Shown here: positions 58,747 through 64,000 of the stretch, one piece after another
How the letters are laid out: each line of letters opens with the position of its first letter
Position numbering within the stretch: position 1 is the first letter of the stretch
DNA from: Trueperaceae bacterium
Lineage (GTDB): Bacteria > Deinococcota > Deinococci > Deinococcales > Trueperaceae
Direction of reading: 5' to 3'
Length of the DNA stretch: 64,000 bases
Assembly: GCA_034521815.1 (NCBI GenBank)
Contig: JAXHLW010000013.1
Coordinates: forward strand, 1,504,001 to 1,568,000
Program-made: the position numbers and the translations under genes
Notes under the pieces: generated by a model
What the model saw: only the letters and a program-made list of their open reading frames with translations
The model's database searches: none
What the model was told of the DNA's origin: nothing

Positions 58747-60513
58747 TCAGCAGATCGTGCCGAACCTGATCATGACCGAGCGGCTTCCGACGAATCCGTC
58801 GGCGTCCGTGGCGTCCAGGATCATCTTCGCGAACTCCGGGTCGCAGTCGTCGACGTCGATCGTCTGCTCGGGGATCCAGACCCGGCTGGCGCCGGGGCCG
58901 ATGTCGACCACCACGCCCCCGTTTCCGTTCAGGTCCGTCGGGTAGGCGATCGACCACTGGTACGCGTACGGCTCCAGACCGCCGCTGGCGCTTCCTGCCA
59001 GGACGATGGCTTCGCCGGCCGCCAGGTGCTGCTGATCCTGCGGATTCGTGACCGTCACCAGGACGAGGGGTTGTTCGGAGACCGTGACGGTCACGGTGTC
59101 GGCCTCGCTCGTGCCGACGGGATCGGTGCCCACCAACGTCAACGTCCGACTGCCGGCCGTGGCGAACGAGACCTGCGTGGTGCAACCCGCCACAGGAAAG
59201 GGGTCGCTGGCCAGGCTCGACGTCCAGCGGCACGCGACCGTATGGCCGTTCGGATCGAACGCGGAGCCCCTCAGCGTGACGTCGTCGCCGACGAAGATCT
59301 GCGTTGCCGCGGTCGGAGCCTGGATGAAGACGGTCGGCGCTTCGTCCGTCTCGCGAGCGAAGGTCGTACAGCGGCCGAAGAGGGTGGCCTCGTACTCGAT
59401 ACCGAGCACGGGGATGGAATCGATGCCGACGAGGCCGGTCAAGCATCCCTCGAGCTCCCACAGCGTGGTGCTGGTACCGGGCAGACCGCTCTGATTCGCC
59501 TCGATGCGGGGACCCGCCTCGAGCGCTCCGTACGGGCCGACCGCGCCGTAAAGGTACAGCTCGAAGCGTCCGCCCACGGCAGCACGGGCCACGGCTTGGC
59601 CAGCGAAGTCGGCGGCGCCGCGATCGAAGCTGACGGTGTTCTCCGACACGTTCCGAAAGCCCCTGTCGGAGTTGTAGGTGAAGCCGCCGCTCGCGGCGAG
59701 ATCCTGGTCGGCGACGAACACGAGCTCGCCGCTGAGGGTGCCGGAAGCCGTCAGGTAGACCTCCAACCGCGGCGTCAGCACGATCGGCACGAACGCGATG
59801 GTGAACGTGATGGGAGCGAAGTCGTGGCTGGCGATCACGAACTGCTCGTCGAAGGCGAGGGCGTCGCTGCCCTCGATCTTGAGGTTCGCCGTCTCGGTCA
59901 GGCCGATCTTGAAGAGCAGGTCCAGGTCAGGAATCTCGATGCAGATACCGAATTTGCGGTCGTTGCAGGTGATATCGATGTCCAGCTCCAGGATCGGCTG
60001 GATGTTCAGCGTGCCAGTCGCGCGAAATGCGCCGTTGGTGCCGAAATCGCTGTCGATCACGTGCTCGAACGCCTGGACCTCGATGCCGGATTGAAGCGCC
60101 GTGGATCCGGCCAAGTCGCTCTCGTCGAGCGCCAAGCTCACGCTGAGGCTTCCCTGATGAACGGCTTCACGGAGCTCGGCGGCCACCGTTTCGACGATCA
60201 CCTCACCGCCTTCCGAGCGAACGCTGGTGACCTTGCGCAACAGCCCGGACGGTGCGGCGGCGGTGGGTTCGCTCACGACGACGTCGCCGACCTCGATCGC
60301 GTCCGCGACGCCGGTCTCCGAGGCGAACCGAAGCGTTCCCTGATCGCCCACCTCGAGCAGCCCCTCGCGCGCGTCGGCGTCGAGAACCTTGGTGGTGGGC
60401 GGGACGATGGTCTCGGTCGTACCGGTGCCACCTCCCTCGGGCGGTAGCTGCGTGCACCCTGCCAGGAACAGCAAGACCGCCGCAGCGAGGACGGTTCTCC
60501 CTCTAGCACCCAT
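58747..60513 (-). CDS. Large hypothetical lipoprotein with Ig/PKD-like C-terminal domains
   Basis: Lipobox LAGC; 'G.LRKV' N-terminal module; beta-rich C-terminus. Confidence 0.85.
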   Translation of the reverse strand: MGARGRTVLAAAVLLFLAGCTQLPPEGGGTGTTETIVPPTTKVLDADAREGLLEVGDQGTLRFASETGVADAIEVGDVVVSEPTAAAPSGLLRKVTSVRSEGGEVIVETVAAELREAVHQGSLSVSLALDESDLAGSTALQSGIEVQAFEHVIDSDFGTNGAFRATGTLNIQPILELDIDITCNDRKFGICIEIPDLDLLFKIGLTETANLKIEGSDALAFDEQFVIASHDFAPITFTIAFVPIVLTPRLEVYLTASGTLSGELVFVADQDLAASGGFTYNSDRGFRNVSENTVSFDRGAADFAGQAVARAAVGGRFELYLYGAVGPYGALEAGPRIEANQSGLPGTSTTLWELEGCLTGLVGIDSIPVLGIEYEATLFGRCTTFARETDEAPTVFIQAPTAATQIFVGDDVTLRGSAFDPNGHTVACRWTSSLASDPFPVAGCTTQVSFATAGSRTLTLVGTDPVGTSEADTVTVTVSEQPLVLVTVTNPQDQQHLAAGEAIVLAGSASGGLEPYAYQWSIAYPTDLNGNGGVVVDIGPGASRVWIPEQTIDVDDCDPEFAKMILDATDADGFVGSRSVMIRFGTIC

Positions 60514-60713
60514 GTGCGCCTGGTGCGAGCTGCGGCAGGACGGCGGCGCAGCTCGAGCTGTCTTGGCGTGGGCCGTCAGGTCGGCTTCGGGAGACGCTCG
60601 GGACGATCATCGACATGGTGCTCCTCTCGTCTGGCGACGGGACCTGCGTGGTCCAGCAGCGAAGGCGAGCCTAGAAGCGAGACCGTTCCCCCGGCGTTGC
60701 CGACATGGGAACG
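60503..60713 (-). repeat. Diverged duplicate of the FAD-oxidase promoter, SD and first ~14 codons, read as a 37-aa ORF overlapping the lipoprotein start
   Basis: Ungapped alignment at offset 1980 to about 58595-58733; MSMIVPSVSRSRPD versus MSDIEPNLSVTRPN. Confidence 0.8.
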
Positions 60714-60780
60714 CCCCGGAGCGAGTCCGGGGCGGTGGGCGTGCGGCGCGGCGCCCTGCGTAGATCGATCGCCCGCAGCC

Positions 60781-61044
60781 TCAGCGGAACATCGTCGGGT
60801 CCAGCTCTCGCACCAGCGACGCACTGTCGAACGGCATGTCGGCGCGGCGGGCGTGCTCCAGGAGCAGCTCCAGGTTCAGCGCTTCGTACTCGCAGTAGAT
60901 CTTGCCCTCCTCGGCGGAATAGTACGAGCGGATCCAGCGGATCCCGGCCATGCCGGCCAGCGCGTCGACGCCGCGGGCTCCCGAAGCTTCGATCTCGCTC
61001 TCGGTCAGCTCTCCGACCGTTCGGTGAATCAGGTACTTCTGCAT
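60781..61044 (-). CDS. DUF4242 / SCO4226-like small protein
   Basis: 'YLIHR', 'WIRSY...GKIYCEYEA', 'HARRADMPFD'. Confidence 0.85.
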   Translation of the reverse strand: MQKYLIHRTVGELTESEIEASGARGVDALAGMAGIRWIRSYYSAEEGKIYCEYEALNLELLLEHARRADMPFDSASLVRELDPTMFR

Positions 61045-61179
61045 TGCGATGCTCCTTCGTCCGTGAGGGGCGGCACCTCGGGAGGTGGTCGGCCGCGGGC
61101 GTACGTACGTGCGCCTTCGGACGCAGATACGTGGGTGGATGCGCTCTCACGCTCGACGCGGTCTGATGGACGGGTCAGG

Positions 61180-64000
61180 TCATGGGCCTCCCGCCTGCGG
61201 CGTCGGGACGCCTCCTAGCGCCGCGAGCGCGTCGGCCGTCGCCGTCGCACCCTCGACATCGGCCCCGTCGCGGCGCAGCGCCAGCGACCGCTCCAGGCAG
61301 GCACGGGCCTCCTCGGTGCGTCCTGCGCGCTGGTAGCTCGACGCCAGACTGGACAGCAGGAACGCCTCCCCCAGTGCATCGCCGCCGCCGCGTGCCCGGT
61401 CGACCGCGTCGCGCGCCGCCTCGATGCTCTCGTCGAACCGCCCCAGATCGCGGTACACCACGCCGAGGCTGGCGCGGGCGGCCACCTGCCGCTCGTGCAT
61501 GTCGGCGCGGAGCGCCGTGTCGTACGCGTCCCGGTACGCCTGCGCGGCGCTCTCCAGATCGCCCGTGGCCCAATGCAGCGCGCCGAGCTCCATCTGCACC
61601 AGGCCCAGTCGGTGGGCGTCGCCCGACCTGCCGAAGATCTCCTCCGCTACTCCCAAGCTGCTCCGGGCGTCCTCGGGGCGCCCCAACCGCCGCCGGGCGA
61701 CACCGCTGTGAAGCACGAGCGCGTCGCCCTGTCCGGCCTCGTCCTCGGCCATGCCCGTCATCGCGAACGAGGCCTCCAGCAGCCGTGCCGCCGTGAGGTA
61801 GCTGCGGGCCGCGTCCTCGTACGCGCCCAAGCCCTCCAGCGCGACACCGCCGCTGATGCGCGGGTACCCTTCGTGCCGCAGGTCGCCGGTCGCCGCGCCC
61901 TGCCGGGTGGCGGCCTCGAAGTTGTCCAGCGCGCGCCGGTAGTCCCGCCGCCCCAGGTAGATCTTGCCGAGGTTCATGTGCTTCTCGACGACGAGATGCT
62001 TGTCCTCGAGCTGCACGCAGATCGGCAGCAGGCGCTCCAGTACCTCCGCTGCCGCCACCTCGTCGTTCGCTCGGAGATGCATCCAGGCCCGGATGTCCAG
62101 ACGTAGGTACGCCCCGAGCAGGTCGCCGAGCTCCTCGTAGATCGACGCCGCCTGCTCCGCCCAGCGTTGCGCTTCGTCGTCGTCGTCCAGCCACCGGTAC
62201 GCGTGCGAGATGTTCTCGGCCGTCGCGGCCAACGCTCGCCGGTGCCCCAGCTCGCGGTCGATCGCCATCGCCGCGAAGCTGGCCTCGATGACCTCCCGGT
62301 AGTCGCCGCGCATCCACGCGAGGTACGCCACCTCGCGGTAGCCGCGCGCCCTGGAGCCGGCGTCGCCGAGCCGTTCGAACAGCGCGTCGGCCCGCGCGAA
62401 CGCCTCCGCCGCACCGGCACGGTCGCCTCGCACCGACAGCATCGCCATGCGCTTGAGGGTGGCCTCGGCCATCATGGCCGGGTCCCCGATCCGCTCCGCG
62501 AGCGCATGGAGGCGCTCGATCGTGTCGATCCACTCAGGCCGCCGATTCATGAACTCGAGCAGCCGCTCGATCGCCTGGAGTACCTCGAAACGCTTGCGAT
62601 CCGCATCCTCGAGGCGAGGCACGATCGCCAGCATGCGGGCGTACGCCTCCCGGGCGACCTCCCAGGCGCTGTCCGCTTCTGCGAAGCGTGCCGCCACGCG
62701 CAGGTGGTCGTACGCCTCGGGCCACATCTCGGCCCGCAGGTAGTGGTGAGCCAGCTCCGCGTCGTCCGCGCCGTCCGCCTCCAGAGCCAGCCCGACGCGT
62801 GCGTGCAACGATCGCCGGACGGGCGGCCCCAGACTCTCGTACACGGTCTGTCGCAGCTTGTCGTGAGAGAACGCGTACGAGCCGTCCGACTCCGCGACGA
62901 TCAGTCCCGCCGCGACGAGCGGCTCGAGCGTCGACCACAACGCCAGCGAATCGCCGGGGATCACCCGCTCGAGAAGGCCGAACGCGAACCGGCGTCCGAT
63001 CACGGCCGCCACGTCCAGCACGGCGCGCGCATCCTCGTCGAACCCTCGGTAGCGGGCCCAGATCAGCGACCGGATCGACTCGGGCACGACGGCCTCGGCG
63101 ATGCGCTCGCGGCTCGGGGCGGCCAGCCGTGTTGCGGCGCCGTGCTCCAGCAGGTGGGCGTCGCGAAGCCAGCGAAGGTACTCCAGCACGTAGAACGGGT
63201 TGCCTTCCGACTCGCCGTGGACGAACGCGGCGAAGCCGTCGAGCTCGGCGCCCTCCCCGCCGAGGACCTCCGCCACCAGCGCGCGTGTCTGGCTCGCGTC
63301 GAACCGGCTCAGGCGAACGGTGCGGATCGCCCGGCGCTCGGACAGCTGCGCCTTCCAGCGCTCGAGCACGCTGCGATCCTCGCGACGGTGGCTGACCACG
63401 ATCAGCACGCGCTCGTCGCGGATGCGGTGAGCGGCGTAGGCGAGGAACTCGAGCGTGGCCGCGTCGGCCCACTGCAGGTCGTCGACGAACAGGACGACGC
63501 CGGCGCCTGGCGAGGCGGCCTGCACGAGGCGGGCGGTCAACACCCGGTGCACGCTGCCGCGCTCCCGGATCTCGGACGCGGCGAAGCGCGCGGCGTCGGG
63601 GGCGTGCACGACCTCCTCGCCGCCCACCGCGCCCAGCGCCGCCCGGACGGGCTCCAGGGGCGCGCTCAGATCGCGTTCGTAGCAGCGGCCGGCGAACGCC
63701 TGGACGCCGAGGGGCAGGCCGGCCAGGAACGTCTCGACCAGTCGGGTCTTTCCGACCCCCGCCTCGCCTTCGACCGCGACGATGCCTCCTTCGCCCGCGA
63801 GGGCCGACGCGAGGTGCTCGCCCAGCGCAGCGAGCTCGGCCCGCCGACCGACGAACGACGTCGTGCCCCATGGCGCGGCCACGCCTCGTACCGGGTGCGT
63901 CGAGGGGCCCGCAAAGCCCGACATCGCACCCTGTGACACGTCCGAAGGGGAGGTGGACGGTACGGGAGATGGCTCCGCCGACGGTGTGCGCGTCTCCGCC
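61180..64000 (-). CDS. AAA-ATPase plus TPR transcriptional regulator (N-terminus beyond the window, possibly SARP/BTAD)
   Basis: 'FVGRRAEL', GEAGVGKT, 'DDLQWAD', 'GNPFY', 'FSHDKLR', TPR repeats; frame open to the window edge. Confidence 0.88.
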   Translation of the reverse strand, partial: AETRTPSAEPSPVPSTSPSDVSQGAMSGFAGPSTHPVRGVAAPWGTTSFVGRRAELAALGEHLASALAGEGGIVAVEGEAGVGKTRLVETFLAGLPLGVQAFAGRCYERDLSAPLEPVRAALGAVGGEEVVHAPDAARFAASEIRERGSVHRVLTARLVQAASPGAGVVLFVDDLQWADAATLEFLAYAAHRIRDERVLIVVSHRREDRSVLERWKAQLSERRAIRTVRLSRFDASQTRALVAEVLGGEGAELDGFAAFVHGESEGNPFYVLEYLRWLRDAHLLEHGAATRLAAPSRERIAEAVVPESIRSLIWARYRGFDEDARAVLDVAAVIGRRFAFGLLERVIPGDSLALWSTLEPLVAAGLIVAESDGSYAFSHDKLRQTVYESLGPPVRRSLHARVGLALEADGADDAELAHHYLRAEMWPEAYDHLRVAARFAEADSAWEVAREAYARMLAIVPRLEDADRKRFEVLQAIERLLEFMNRRPEWIDTIERLHALAERIGDPAMMAEATLKRMAMLSVRGDRAGAAEAFARADALFERLGDAGSRARGYREVAYLAWMRGDYREVIEASFAAMAIDRELGHRRALAATAENISHAYRWLDDDDEAQRWAEQAASIYEELGDLLGAYLRLDIRAWMHLRANDEVAAAEVLERLLPICVQLEDKHLVVEKHMNLGKIYLGRRDYRRALDNFEAATRQGAATGDLRHEGYPRISGGVALEGLGAYEDAARSYLTAARLLEASFAMTGMAEDEAGQGDALVLHSGVARRRLGRPEDARSSLGVAEEIFGRSGDAHRLGLVQMELGALHWATGDLESAAQAYRDAYDTALRADMHERQVAARASLGVVYRDLGRFDESIEAARDAVDRARGGGDALGEAFLLSSLASSYQRAGRTEEARACLERSLALRRDGADVEGATATADALAALGGVPTPQAGGP

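Noticed and set aside
1-64000. CRISPR array or integron attC array
   Set aside because: No regularly spaced repeats with unique spacers, genes lie in mixed orientation, and no cas or intI gene
61180-64000. Avs/STAND defence ATPase
   Set aside because: Motifs and DUF4242/FAD-oxidase context fit a transcriptional regulator; no effector domain is visible, though the N-terminus is outside the window

Overview
Very GC-rich bacterial chromosomal accessory region. It is probably from Deinococcota (Trueperaceae-like); this is inferred from the many TANNNT -10 boxes lying 5-7 nt before start codons and from gene style, and is not proven. It holds about 55 genes or gene remnants: two TetR-regulated redox modules, three intact VapBC-type toxin-antitoxin pairs plus a HicB-like/MNT gene with a wrecked HEPN partner, a Gfo/Idh/MocA oxidoreductase, an aldehyde dehydrogenase, an APH-like kinase, PPK2, a cytochrome c, a ScyD/ScyE protein, two flavin disulfide reductases with VTT/DedA and CDP-alcohol transferase genes, a GH100 invertase, class I fructose-bisphosphate aldolase, a ROK-ABC-SIS-PfkB sugar operon, a PAS/GAF/HD-GYP protein, a sirtuin, an ExeM nuclease, a DrrAB-like ABC exporter with MarR, an MFS transporter, a nitrilase, an astacin lipoprotein, and an AAA-TPR regulator/DUF4242/FAD-oxidase cluster. 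I found no rRNA, intact tRNA, CRISPR array, integrase or intact transposase; only short IS3 and IS110 remnants remain. Many genes, especially at 24.9-25.8 kb and 45-57 kb, carry single-base frameshifts that look like long-read consensus errors. The most striking structure is architectural. At least six times a piece of a resident gene or promoter is repeated in direct orientation (a 44-bp fba tail, a 135-bp AKR 3' end, a 443-bp ppk2 5' end, the FAD-oxidase promoter plus first codons, a vapC fragment and an MBL gene), and in several cases the two copies bracket cargo genes with no recombinase nearby. A second recurring pattern is small leaderless ORFs whose stop codons overlap the start codons of larger genes.
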